A stretch of DNA of 21,912 nt, taken from NCBI GenBank assembly GCA_964013405.1, contig CAXGWI010000050.1, forward strand, positions 1-21,912, in the 5' to 3' direction. How positions within the stretch are numbered: the first letter of the stretch is position 1; every line of letters starts with the position of its first letter. The translations under genes and the position numbers were made by a program. The notes beneath the pieces are model-generated. The model was not told the origin of the DNA. It did no database searches and saw nothing but the letters and a program-made list of their open reading frames with translations. Positions 7,101-15,481 of the stretch are shown here, piece by piece. This DNA is from an uncultured Myxococcales bacterium. Lineage in GTDB: Bacteria > Myxococcota > UBA4151.

Positions 7101-10100
7101 GATCAACTCTCGTTCTTCATTGCCCCGCAGTTGCAGGTGGGGGCCGCGGATGTAGCAGGGGCCCGCACAGCCATGGGGGGCATGGGCAGGCCAAGCACAT
7201 GAACCGAAACGAGGGCAATCGCCAATGCGTTGGTCGAGCCCGTCGATGACGGGGCTGACGACACCGGTGAGGGGGATGGTCAGAGCTTCGGCCTCTTCCC
7301 ATTCGCCCCACTCGTGGCGAGGATGAAGCACACAGTCACTGTTGTGGTCCGGGCCACCGGCCACAAACCAATGGGCTTGCCCAGCCTCATCCAGGGTTTG
7401 CATTCGATTGTGAATCCAACAGTTTTCGCCGTCCAGCCAGACCTGCATGCCTGCGTTTACATTGCCGTAGCGGTCCCGGGCATGAAGGGTCACCGAGGTG
7501 GCCACCGGCGGCGGCTGACGCCATTCGGAAGGGGGGCGTTGTAGGCTGACCAGTTCAATGCCCTCCCCCGTGACGGGGCCACCGCCGAGGGGCGGACCCG
7601 GCTCCTGCAGCACTCGGAGCGATCGGTGGGCCTGGAGTCCCACTCGCAAGCTCCAGGTGCAGTGACCCAAATGGGTTCCGGCGATGAACTCGACGCCCTC
7701 ATCCCCGCCAAGGACGAGTTCACCGGCCTCGTCACTGATCAATCCATCGACGCCAACCCGGCCACAGTGAGCCGGGTCGCCCTCGATCAATTCGACGACA
7801 ACGCCCTGATCAGCGATGCCGCCGCCAACGTCATTTTCGACCCGTAGGGTGACTGGGGAGGTAAGCCCTTCTCCCACAGGCATGGTGATTTGGGCGGCGC
7901 GGTGTCCGTCGGCGCCCTGGATGTCGACGAGCCGTCGTCCCCGCTGGTAGAGGGCGATGTGCTGGGGGATGCCCGCGCCGACAACGATCTCCATATCGGC
8001 CACGGCCGAGAACTCAATTGGGTTGGAAAAGGCATGGGCCTTCAGGGGGTGGCTCCCCTCCTCATTTACGGCCAGGACCCAGACTGTGACATCACCATTA
8101 GCGTCGGTGGTCCCTGAATCATGACTCAGGCTGTAGCCAAGCTCCGGTGCGCTGCACGCCCCTTCATTGCTCACGCCTTCGCAGGTGCAGCCTTCGCTGT
8201 CTCGGTGGCAGCGCTCTGCTCTGCCTCGACAGTTGCCGAAAATGAAGCAGTCGTTGTCATTGGAGCAGAGTCGATTGCGGTTCTCAGCGCAAGTCCTGGG
8301 ATTGAACTGGACACCGATGCCGGGCACACCGTTGCCACCAGCATCGAGCACTCGAGCGGTGACAGGGCCGGCGGCACCGCCGAGGGGCGCCTGGATCTGT
8401 CCCCCCGGAACGAGCACCACCCGAGAAGGCTCGCCGGGAAGCACGTAGATCGGCAGGGTGGCCCGGGTGGTTTGGCCGGCGGCTTGCAGGGTGAGCAAGG
8501 TGGGGAAGAGCAGGGTGCTGGGTCCCTCGGCGTAGATGTCGAAGGGAATCTGCCCGTTGATATCTGTGCGACAGGAACTCTGATGGAGATCCGTTCCCCT
8601 CGGCAGGGCGTCACCCGCCAGCTCTTGACGGCAATTGGCCGAACTGCCGTAGCGTAGAACCGATCCCGGCACGAAGGGAAGCACGCTGACCTCCAAGCGG
8701 GAATCGGCCGCAGGGTTGCCGTCGGCATCGATTGCGAAGGCGGTGAAGCGAATGGGCTGGCCGATGGTCGCGTAACCCAAGTCTTCCGGGGCGACGCCGT
8801 CGGCAGGTCGGATACGAATCTGATCGATTCTGCCCACATCCAGACGAATTTGGACGGTGACTTGCTGGTCGGTGCCCACCAAGCTGGCCACCAATTCAGC
8901 GCCGGCCGGTAGGGCGGCAGGGCAGCGCAGCAGGACTCGAGCCAAGCCGACGTCATCGGAGAGCGCCAATAAGGGGCTAAGCAACTCGATCTCACCCCGG
9001 GCCTCGATGGCGACAGACGCCCCGGCCACGGGCACATCGTTGCGGCTCAGTACCCGAAAAAGGATAGGCGGCGAAAAGCCGTTGGGGTCGCAGCGAACGA
9101 GCGGAAACCCACCTTCTAGCGCGTTGACCAACTCCAACTGCGAGGGGGCGCCGCTGCGGGTGGCTCCCGAAAGGGTGAAGGCATTGTCATCATCATCCAT
9201 CAGCGCCTCGGGCTTGATGAGATCGGGGATGTGGATGTTCTTTTGCCAGGCACCGGCCTCCTGGCCGGCTAGCAAGCAAAAGACGAGGCGCCCTTGCGCG
9301 TCGGTGATGCCTTCCACGCGCGTCAGCGCTTCCCCTGTGTTGCCGCAGTCGGTGATTTCATCCCGGGGGGCGATGAGCACCCGGTCACCAGGGCCGTCAT
9401 CGATCAAGCCACCATCGGCACCTCCCCCCACCTGACCGCCGTCCTGCTGCGGTGATCCGGCTTCAGGGCGGAGCCCCCCGCCGTCCATGGGTCCATCGCG
9501 GGGTTGGGCGTCGGGCTGCGCACCGCCCTCGAGAAGGGCCGCGTCGCCGGGGACTTGACGCCCCGCCTCCAAGGCGGCGTCCACGGTCTCGCCGTCATTC
9601 CCGCCCCCATCAAGGCTCCTTCCGGGGCCATCGAGTGTCCCTGAGCCGGCATCTGGCGTTCCTGTATCTTGGGGCGGCGTGCCAGCGTCGGGCTGGGGTT
9701 CTGGTTCTGGCTCAGGGGGGTCGACCAGCACCACCCGGGCCCCGGCGAGGGGATTGCCAAAGGCGTCGGTGAGGGTGATGGTCAGGGGTGCAGCCTCGTC
9801 ATCATCCATGGCCAGCGGCATCGGCGCCAAGCCGAGAAGGGGGTCGATCTCTCCTGGTTGCCAGCGTGCAACCCCTGACTTCGGCACCTGAATCGTAAGG
9901 CGCACTGATCCCTGATCTGCTTGGGGCTCGATGCGAATCTCGTCTTGGACAAACAAGGCCCGCTGGGCCTGGGCTTTCAAGGTGAAGACTTCGGTGGGGC
10001 CGACGAGACGAAAGATCACCGTACAGATCCCCCGCTCTTCGTCTTCGACCGGCGTGACCGGGGTGACGCAGCGGTCGCCTCGAGGAAAGCGCACGAGCTC

Positions 10101-10394
10101 GTCAAAGGAATCGGTGACCACGCTGACCACGATGGGTTCACCGCTGAGCCCTTGGTTTTGCATCCCCCGTACTTGCATCCGCAGTTGGTAAACCTGTCCG
10201 GCGATCACCGTGTCGGCGGTGAGTGGGGTGCCGCCGCCGGCTGGCTCAAGGCTCAGGATCTCAAGGCTGTTGGGGCCATCTTCGCCCAGCGCCTGCAGCT
10301 CAGGCAAAGGGGCCTGGCAAGCCAGGGCAAGACAAAGGGCGAGGGATCCGACTGGGCGAATCCCTATGGTCTTTGCTGGTCCACCGCTCCTCAT
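4119..10394 (-). CDS. Giant (~2091 aa) mosaic surface lipoprotein/adhesin: invasin-type Ig (Big_1-like) repeats, FG-GAP motifs, WD40-like propeller, myxobacterial disulfide repeat, fibrinogen-related C-terminal domain
   Basis: Uninterrupted ORF. From ATG 10394: MRSGGPAK...LALCLALA-C (lipobox). About 6 repeats of 'D.xGNxVxG.xV ... TD.xG' (e.g. TDAFGNPLAGARV, IDADGNPAADSRL, LDAGGNGVPGIGV, RDRYGNVNAGMQV). FG-GAP motif ALGDFNEDGIDDLAV. Propeller blades SADGQ/SPDGR/FSPDGS/FSRDGR with VRVFDTASGQ and RIYEAATGE. Disulfide repeat CGDGDVDPGEECD. C-terminal domain NSCADL..RWINPD..FLAYC..WTLALK. Confidence 0.88.
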   Translation of the reverse strand: MRSGGPAKTIGIRPVGSLALCLALACQAPLPELQALGEDGPNSLEILSLEPAGGGTPLTADTVIAGQVYQLRMQVRGMQNQGLSGEPIVVSVVTDSFDELVRFPRGDRCVTPVTPVEDEERGICTVIFRLVGPTEVFTLKAQAQRALFVQDEIRIEPQADQGSVRLTIQVPKSGVARWQPGEIDPLLGLAPMPLAMDDDEAAPLTITLTDAFGNPLAGARVVLVDPPEPEPEPQPDAGTPPQDTGTPDAGSGTLDGPGRSLDGGGNDGETVDAALEAGRQVPGDAALLEGGAQPDAQPRDGPMDGGGLRPEAGSPQQDGGQVGGGADGGLIDDGPGDRVLIAPRDEITDCGNTGEALTRVEGITDAQGRLVFCLLAGQEAGAWQKNIHIPDLIKPEALMDDDDNAFTLSGATRSGAPSQLELVNALEGGFPLVRCDPNGFSPPILFRVLSRNDVPVAGASVAIEARGEIELLSPLLALSDDVGLARVLLRCPAALPAGAELVASLVGTDQQVTVQIRLDVGRIDQIRIRPADGVAPEDLGYATIGQPIRFTAFAIDADGNPAADSRLEVSVLPFVPGSVLRYGSSANCRQELAGDALPRGTDLHQSSCRTDINGQIPFDIYAEGPSTLLFPTLLTLQAAGQTTRATLPIYVLPGEPSRVVLVPGGQIQAPLGGAAGPVTARVLDAGGNGVPGIGVQFNPRTCAENRNRLCSNDNDCFIFGNCRGRAERCHRDSEGCTCEGVSNEGACSAPELGYSLSHDSGTTDANGDVTVWVLAVNEEGSHPLKAHAFSNPIEFSAVADMEIVVGAGIPQHIALYQRGRRLVDIQGADGHRAAQITMPVGEGLTSPVTLRVENDVGGGIADQGVVVELIEGDPAHCGRVGVDGLISDEAGELVLGGDEGVEFIAGTHLGHCTWSLRVGLQAHRSLRVLQEPGPPLGGGPVTGEGIELVSLQRPPSEWRQPPPVATSVTLHARDRYGNVNAGMQVWLDGENCWIHNRMQTLDEAGQAHWFVAGGPDHNSDCVLHPRHEWGEWEEAEALTIPLTGVVSPVIDGLDQRIGDCPRFGSCAWPAHAPHGCAGPCYIRGPHLQLRGNEERELIIRIPAQRIIRPAEMTAQASGVCVEEGDDPYRRCSKIQFGDVEQLGDGSWRYEVERDLPIRWRTTVNLHEFFINLQPSWFKDARVKALRIVQPDGHTVGPWEQIYMGPPLKWSTVSSQVLPLSEEGGSPEIKGGFRRHLDDDGVQEIVLCGLDSLGGWHGVIDPDAVGQLPETFEATRTWLSEGANPRFPAASRSGTACALGDFNEDGIDDLAVPMATTDDHRLPRLRLYPGQAAAPFFGDGVTLILSQAVANQPVDNLRIQRAPNRLRLCFGSLGWNDDCNGNGHSTLEAQGNPFVGDPNAAFGVMSNQGLWGHKPIFAQAARVHFEGIGELGPGGDLVPVQPWPRVNLVHQTTGHSVFASADGQELFTFNAGMVRVFDTASGQVLRSFAAPQGAHLGSISPDGRLGSSRIPTQIGDGVWAQTIVWRTSDGEVLYVVDGWSGVFSPDGSIFVTSPRRYTGCCSNTQPGSTFRIYEAATGEVINAFDHETTIPGFDLGGHGQRIVTVNQGTDEVVIYDLEGSVIRRLGIDPYNGYENLINASINPVTDDLLLQRECGRFGAWCNEMIPADAEVYRWRTGGGSAWFSRDGRFVLQAGGTIRDAATGTHLNNHEHIGKSGWHDPTLLLWATGVRFRNDDNWDLNSRRLDDVVPFAVLPPTYSDRPGFVLEQSEDDGWAPFMRGDRFELEQPSTWRASCGDFVVQPDERYDFGPPLVGPTDCGAKGKEHCGDGDVDPGEECDPGADPDHPSCGQDCLLRAGSERASALNSCADLGANAIVPRPRWINPDSEDPNQAFLAYCVPYGDGLPWTLALKANGRSESLNFEAEFWTNEEALNPETPHLSGSEDYKYPGWSRLEVTELLVAMDSPSDSLRLLRAPIGPPPEPIEGEEAIPAGPLSLHALFNGPARALETTQQDWLDLSESGANPRASCQYMGINRRTNAGAGDDQQRFRLGAFSSNWNWRGYCEGFHWTALGKSPGHAAGHHGSARVAYLLVR

Positions 10395-10429
10395 GGGCAA
10401 ATAGTGGCACACCTGTGGGAAAAGGCGAA
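10395..10429 (-). promoter_or_regulatory. Putative extended -10 promoter for the giant lipoprotein gene, probably leaderless
   Basis: Minus strand reads TTCGCC-N17(ending TGTGC)-CACTAT(10406-10401)-N6-ATG(10394), with no SD. The geometry matches the kdsD promoter. Confidence 0.4.
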
Positions 10430-10432
10430 TGT

Positions 10433-10453
10433 CTGTTCCCCTTTGGGGGACAG
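10433..10453. repeat. Inverted repeat in the divergent intergenic region between the giant lipoprotein gene and pccB
   Basis: CTGTTCCCC-TTT-GGGGGACAG: 9-bp arms with one T/G mismatch. Confidence 0.5.
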
Positions 10454-10506
10454 GGCTTATCAAGGACCGATCCCGTTGCTAGGAGTGCCCCGGGAAAGGT
10501 GCCACC

Positions 10507-12066
10507 ATGAGCGAGCGTAGTCATGAGAGCCTACGGGCCCAGTTAGCCGATCTCGAGGCCCAAACCGCTGTCGGCGGTGGGGAGGCTCGGATCGAGCGCC
10601 AACACAACGCCGGCAAACTCACGGCTCGAGAGCGGCTGGATCTTCTGTTGGACCCGGGCAGTTTTACGGAACTGGATGCCTTTGTGCGTCATCGCTCCAC
10701 AGCCTTTGGTTTGGATAAAAACCGGCCCCTCGGGGATGGGGTGGTGACGGGTCACGGCACCATCGATGGACGAACCGTCTTCGTCTATGCCCAGGACTTT
10801 ACCGTCATCGGCGGTTCTCTCTCTGGCGCCCATGCGGCGAAGATCTGCAAAATCATGGAGCGGGCACTGGAAGTGGGCGCACCGGTCATCGGTCTCGCCG
10901 ACAGTGGCGGGGCTCGGATCCATGAAGGGGTGGAGAGCCTCGGCGGCTATGCGGACATCTTTTTGCGCAACACGCTCGCCAGTGGCGTCGTGCCCCAGAT
11001 CAGCTTGATTCTCGGCCCTTGCGCCGGCGGTGCGGTCTACTCACCGGCGATCACCGACTTCGTGGTCATGGCCCAGGACACCTCCTACATGTTCATCACC
11101 GGCCCCGATGTGATTAAGACCGTTCTCCACGAGGAGGTAACGAAAGAAGAGCTCGGCGGGGCGATGACCCATGCATCGACCTCGGGCGTGAGCCATTTCG
11201 CCTGCCAGGATGAAGCCCAGGCGATCGCACTCACCCGCCAGTTGATGGGGTTTCTGCCCAGCAATAACGCCGAAGAAGCGCCCCTTCAGGCCTGCGCCGA
11301 TCCGGTGGATCGAGCCTGCGATGCTTTGAAGGAGTTGGTGCCGGTGAATCCGAATCAACCCTACGATATTCGGGAGGTCATTGCGGAAGTGGCCGATGAT
11401 GCCCAGTTCCTCGAAGTGGCCGAGCATTTTGCCGGCAATATCGTCGTGGGTTTCTTGCGGATCGGCGGCCGAAGCATCGGTGTGGTGGCGAACCAACCGG
11501 CCTTACTCGCTGGCTGTCTCGATATCGATGCCAGTGTCAAAGCAGCCCGTTTCGTGCGGTTCTGCGATGCCTTCAATATTCCCCTTCTCACCCTCGTCGA
11601 TGTGCCCGGTTTCTTGCCCGGAAAAGACCAAGAACATGGCGGTATCATTCGCCATGGCGCCAAACTGCTCTACGCCTATGCAGAAGCCACCGTGCCCAAG
11701 GTGACGGTGATTACCCGCAAAGCCTACGGTGGCGCCTATGACGTGATGGCATCGAAGCACTTAAGAGCAGACTTTAACTTTGCCTTCCCCACCGCCGAGA
11801 TTGCCGTGATGGGACCCGATGGAGCCGTCAACATCATCTTCCGTAAAGAATTAGCCGATGCGGAAGACCCAGTGGCTCGAAAAGCCGAACTGGTGGCCGA
11901 TTATCGGGCTGAGTTCGCCAATCCCTACAAGGCGGCAGAATTGGGTTACATCGATGCGGTGATTCGACCGGAGGATCTCCGTCGTCGCCTCGCCGCTAGC
12001 TTTCAACTCTTGGGCAATAAGCGCCAAGAGCGGCCCCCTCGCAAGCACGGAAATATTCCGCTCTAG
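10507..12066 (+). CDS. pccB: Acyl-CoA (propionyl-CoA) carboxylase carboxyltransferase subunit beta
   Basis: [97 protein letters not shown]-terminal RKHGNIPL. Confidence 0.95.
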   Translation: MSERSHESLRAQLADLEAQTAVGGGEARIERQHNAGKLTARERLDLLLDPGSFTELDAFVRHRSTAFGLDKNRPLGDGVVTGHGTIDGRTVFVYAQDFTVIGGSLSGAHAAKICKIMERALEVGAPVIGLADSGGARIHEGVESLGGYADIFLRNTLASGVVPQISLILGPCAGGAVYSPAITDFVVMAQDTSYMFITGPDVIKTVLHEEVTKEELGGAMTHASTSGVSHFACQDEAQAIALTRQLMGFLPSNNAEEAPLQACADPVDRACDALKELVPVNPNQPYDIREVIAEVADDAQFLEVAEHFAGNIVVGFLRIGGRSIGVVANQPALLAGCLDIDASVKAARFVRFCDAFNIPLLTLVDVPGFLPGKDQEHGGIIRHGAKLLYAYAEATVPKVTVITRKAYGGAYDVMASKHLRADFNFAFPTAEIAVMGPDGAVNIIFRKELADAEDPVARKAELVADYRAEFANPYKAAELGYIDAVIRPEDLRRRLAASFQLLGNKRQERPPRKHGNIPL

Positions 12067-12118
12067 GCGGAAAATAAGCTAGTTATAGCCCACGAACGTT
12101 CAGGCGGATCAAACCCCT

Positions 12119-12790
12119 ATGGCACTTCAAAGACTCATTGCATCTGGAATCGGGCGAAAGCTCCTTGTGGCCCTGACGGGTCTCGGGCTCGTCGGCTTTC
12201 TGGTGACCCATGTTGCGGGCAATATGAATTTGTACCTGCCGGCCAAGGACGGCCAGCCGGCGATCAATACGTATGCCGATCAGTTGCATCATCTTCCTGG
12301 TTTCTTCTTTCTCGAGTTAGGTTTGGCGGTAATGTTTATCGCGCACATTTTGCTTACGATTGGGCTGGTGCTCAGCAATCGTGCAGCAAAAGGTAGCCGG
12401 TATGCGGTGAACGCCACGAAACAAGAGCGAGGCGGTGTTTTGGCCGGCAGAACCATGGCGATTTCTGGCATCGTCGTGCTGGTGTTCTTGGTGGTTCATA
12501 TCGGTGACTTCCGCTTGCAGCGAGAGGCGATCGAAGGGGCTGGAGGCTTGGAAGCGAGCCTCCTTGCTAAGCTCGCTGTGCCCTGGCGGGCAGCCCTGTA
12601 TGTGGTCGGTAGTATCTTGGTCTGCTTCCATATGACCCATGGGGTCGCGAGTGCCTTTCGTTCCCTGGGAATAGCCCATGAAAAGTACACGCCGATGATT
12701 GAAAAGACGGGCTATGTCTTAGGGATTGTGATCGGACTCGGCTTCGCCAGTATCCCGGTCTACGCCCTGATACAGGGAGGTGGAGCATGA
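12119..12790 (+). CDS. sdhC: Succinate dehydrogenase/fumarate reductase cytochrome b subunit (single 5-TM, b558-type)
   Basis: Starts [14 protein letters not shown] and has five hydrophobic segments. His residues in FLVTH, FIAHI, LVVHI and CFHMTHG. It overlaps the sdhA start (ATGA). Confidence 0.92.
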   Translation: MALQRLIASGIGRKLLVALTGLGLVGFLVTHVAGNMNLYLPAKDGQPAINTYADQLHHLPGFFFLELGLAVMFIAHILLTIGLVLSNRAAKGSRYAVNATKQERGGVLAGRTMAISGIVVLVFLVVHIGDFRLQREAIEGAGGLEASLLAKLAVPWRAALYVVGSILVCFHMTHGVASAFRSLGIAHEKYTPMIEKTGYVLGIVIGLGFASIPVYALIQGGGA

Positions 12791-14706
12791 TTCGTGATTT
12801 AGACGGAAAATGCCCTAGTGGAGCGCTGGCTGATCGCTGGGCTAAATACAAAGCCGAGGCCAAGCTGGTCGGGCCCATCAATCGCCGAAAATATGAAGTG
12901 ATCATTGTGGGTACCGGTCTCGCTGGCTCCTCGGCGGCTTCCACCCTGGCGGAGCAGGGCTACAAGGTGAAAGCCTTCTGCTTCCATGGCAGTGCTCGCC
13001 GGGCGCACAGTATTGCCGCCCAGGGCGGGATCAATGCCGCGAAGAATTATCAAAACGACAACGACTCGATCTTTCGCCTTTACTACGACACCATCAAGGG
13101 TGGTGACTTCCGTAGCCGGGAATCCAACACCTATCGTCTCGCGGAAGTCAGCGCCAACATCATCGATCAAGCCGTTGCCCAGGGGGTTCCCTTTGCCCGG
13201 GAGTACGGTGGGACCCTCGCCAATCGAACCTTTGGCGGGGTGTTGGTGAGTCGAACGTTCTATGCAGCGGGGCAAACAGGTCAGCAATTGCTGCTGGGCG
13301 CTTATTCTGGACTGATGCGCCAAGTGGACTGTGGTCAGGTGGAAATGCACACCATGCGCGACATGCTCGACGTGATCGTTGTGGATGGCAAAGCACGAGG
13401 AATTGTGACTCGCAATTTGGTGACCGGGGAACTTGAGACCCATCTCGCAGATGCGGTGCTGTTGTGCACGGGAGGGTATTCGAACGTTTACTTCCTCTCC
13501 ACCAACGCCATGAAGTCCAACGTCACCGCCACCTGGCGAGCCGCTCGTCGGGGCGCTTACTTTTCAAACCCTTGCTACACTCAGATCCATCCCACTTGTA
13601 TTCCCGCCCATGGTGACCATCAGTCGAAGCTCACGTTGATGAGCGAGTCATTGCGCAACTCAGGGCGGGTTTGGGTGCCCGCCGCGCCCGGTGATACCCG
13701 GGCGCCGAGTCAGATCCCAGAGTCCGAACGGGACTATTATTTGGAGCGCAAGTATCCGACTTTCGGCAACATGGTGCCCCGGGATGTGGCGAGCCGAAAC
13801 GCAAAGTATGCCTGCGATGAAGGCAAGAGTGTCGTTCCGGGTCAGCGAGCGGTCTACCTCGACTTCAAAGATGCCATCGCCCGCGACGGTCGGGACAGTG
13901 TAGAAGAACGCTACGGCAACCTCTTCCACATGTACCAGAAGATCACTGGCCAGAATCCTTACGAGCGGCCGATGCAGATCTATCCAGCACCCCATTACAC
14001 CATGGGGGGGCTCTGGGTGGACTACAACCTCATGAGTAACATCCCAGGGCTTTTCGTCCTTGGCGAGGCGAACTTCTCGGACCACGGTGCCAATCGTCTC
14101 GGTGCGAGCGCACTCATGCAGGGCTTGGCCGATGGCTATTTTGTGATTCCTTACACGTTAGCGGGCTACCTCGCCGGTGAGCAGTTTGAGCCGGTCTCCC
14201 CTTCTGATCACGCGGTGACAGGCACCCTTGAAGAGACTCGTGAGCGGATCGATGGCTTGGTCACTTGTGGTGGTTCTCGCAGTGCCGACTCCTTTCATCG
14301 GGATTTGGGCTTAAAAATGCTCGACGAAGTGGGGATGAGCCGAACGAAGGCGGGGCTCGAAGGCACTGTGGAGCACATCCGTAATCTGCGTGCTGAGTTT
14401 AAAGAGAATCTGAACGTTCCTGGCTCTGCTGACGGCCTGAACCCGGAATTGGAAAAAGCCCTGCGTGTTGCGGACTTTCTTGAGTTTGCTGAGGTGATGA
14501 CCTTGGATGCTTTGACTCGAGAGGAAAGCTGCGGCGGACATTTTCGAGAAGAGTATCAAACCGACGGGGGGGAAGCGAAGCGGGATGATGAGAATTTCAC
14601 CCATGTGGCAGCCTGGGAGTACCGAGGAGAATCCGAAGCACCCATTCGGCACCAGGAGCAACTTGAGTTCACCGAGGTGATGCCCAGTCAGAGGAGTTAC
14701 AAATAA
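12787..14706 (+). CDS. sdhA: Succinate dehydrogenase/fumarate reductase flavoprotein subunit
   Basis: IIVGTGLAG Rossmann motif, [12 protein letters not shown] (covalent FAD His), [46 protein letters not shown]. Confidence 0.97.
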   Translation: MIRDLDGKCPSGALADRWAKYKAEAKLVGPINRRKYEVIIVGTGLAGSSAASTLAEQGYKVKAFCFHGSARRAHSIAAQGGINAAKNYQNDNDSIFRLYYDTIKGGDFRSRESNTYRLAEVSANIIDQAVAQGVPFAREYGGTLANRTFGGVLVSRTFYAAGQTGQQLLLGAYSGLMRQVDCGQVEMHTMRDMLDVIVVDGKARGIVTRNLVTGELETHLADAVLLCTGGYSNVYFLSTNAMKSNVTATWRAARRGAYFSNPCYTQIHPTCIPAHGDHQSKLTLMSESLRNSGRVWVPAAPGDTRAPSQIPESERDYYLERKYPTFGNMVPRDVASRNAKYACDEGKSVVPGQRAVYLDFKDAIARDGRDSVEERYGNLFHMYQKITGQNPYERPMQIYPAPHYTMGGLWVDYNLMSNIPGLFVLGEANFSDHGANRLGASALMQGLADGYFVIPYTLAGYLAGEQFEPVSPSDHAVTGTLEETRERIDGLVTCGGSRSADSFHRDLGLKMLDEVGMSRTKAGLEGTVEHIRNLRAEFKENLNVPGSADGLNPELEKALRVADFLEFAEVMTLDALTREESCGGHFREEYQTDGGEAKRDDENFTHVAAWEYRGESEAPIRHQEQLEFTEVMPSQRSYK

Positions 14707-15470
14707 TGAGTCAGACGATTTCTCTGAAGTTACGGGTCTGGCGGCAAAACGGTCCCGATGATGCGGGGCGGTTTGAAAATTTCGATCTTGCTGATGTTCC
14801 TACGGATCTGAGCTTTCTTGAGATGCTCGACATGCTCAACGAGCAGATTCTCCAGGCCGGGGGTGATCCGATTGTCTTTGATCATGACTGTCGAGAGGGG
14901 ATCTGTGGTTCCTGTGGCTTTATGATCGACGGACAAGCCCATGGGCCCGAGCGGGGCACCACGGTCTGCCAGTTGCATATGCGGCACTACCAAAATGGCG
15001 ACACCGTGGTCTTGGAGCCATGGCGAGCAACGGCCTTCCCCATCTTTAAAGACCTGATGGTGGACCGCAGTGCTTTTGATGCCATTCAGCAGGCGGGCGG
15101 TTACATTTCCGTCAATTGCGGCAATGCACCCGATGCGAACTCGGTTCCCGTGGGCAAAGAAGAGGCTTCCGATGCCTTTGAATCGGCGGTTTGCGTCGGC
15201 TGTGGCGCTTGCGTGGCCTCGTGCAAAAACGCCTCAGCGAGCCTGTTTACAGGGGCCAAGATTAATCATTTGGCGAACCTGCCCCAAGGTCGCCCTGAAG
15301 CAGCTCGCCGGGCCATTCGAATGGTGGAAACCATGGAAGATCGAGGCTTCGGAGCGTGCTCCAACACATTGGAATGCGAAGCAGCTTGTCCCAAAGAGAT
15401 TTCCATTAAGGTCATCCAGAAGATGAATAGGGAATACCTCTTTGCCAAGTTGACTCACCCCACCGACTAA
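14706..15470 (+). CDS. sdhB: Succinate dehydrogenase/fumarate reductase iron-sulfur subunit
   Basis: CREGICGSC...C (2Fe-2S), CVGCGACVASC and CSNTLECEAACP clusters. TAATG overlap with sdhA. Confidence 0.96.
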   Translation: MSQTISLKLRVWRQNGPDDAGRFENFDLADVPTDLSFLEMLDMLNEQILQAGGDPIVFDHDCREGICGSCGFMIDGQAHGPERGTTVCQLHMRHYQNGDTVVLEPWRATAFPIFKDLMVDRSAFDAIQQAGGYISVNCGNAPDANSVPVGKEEASDAFESAVCVGCGACVASCKNASASLFTGAKINHLANLPQGRPEAARRAIRMVETMEDRGFGACSNTLECEAACPKEISIKVIQKMNREYLFAKLTHPTD

Positions 15471-15481
15471 GGAGTCGTCTG

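Noticed and set aside
10405..10420. TGGCAC sigma54 -24 boxes at 10405 and 18486
   Set aside because: The required -12 TTGC is absent at the correct spacing (TGGG and AAGG instead).
10395..10463. ORF-track upstream starts (10463, 2294, 18491)
   Set aside because: The downstream ATGs (10394, 2273, 18464) give proper signal peptides or N-termini and fit the promoter/SD geometry.
12071..12090. AT-rich near-palindrome ATAAGCTAGTTAT before sdhC
   Set aside because: It could be an internal promoter or operator, but it is too short and imperfect to support a call.
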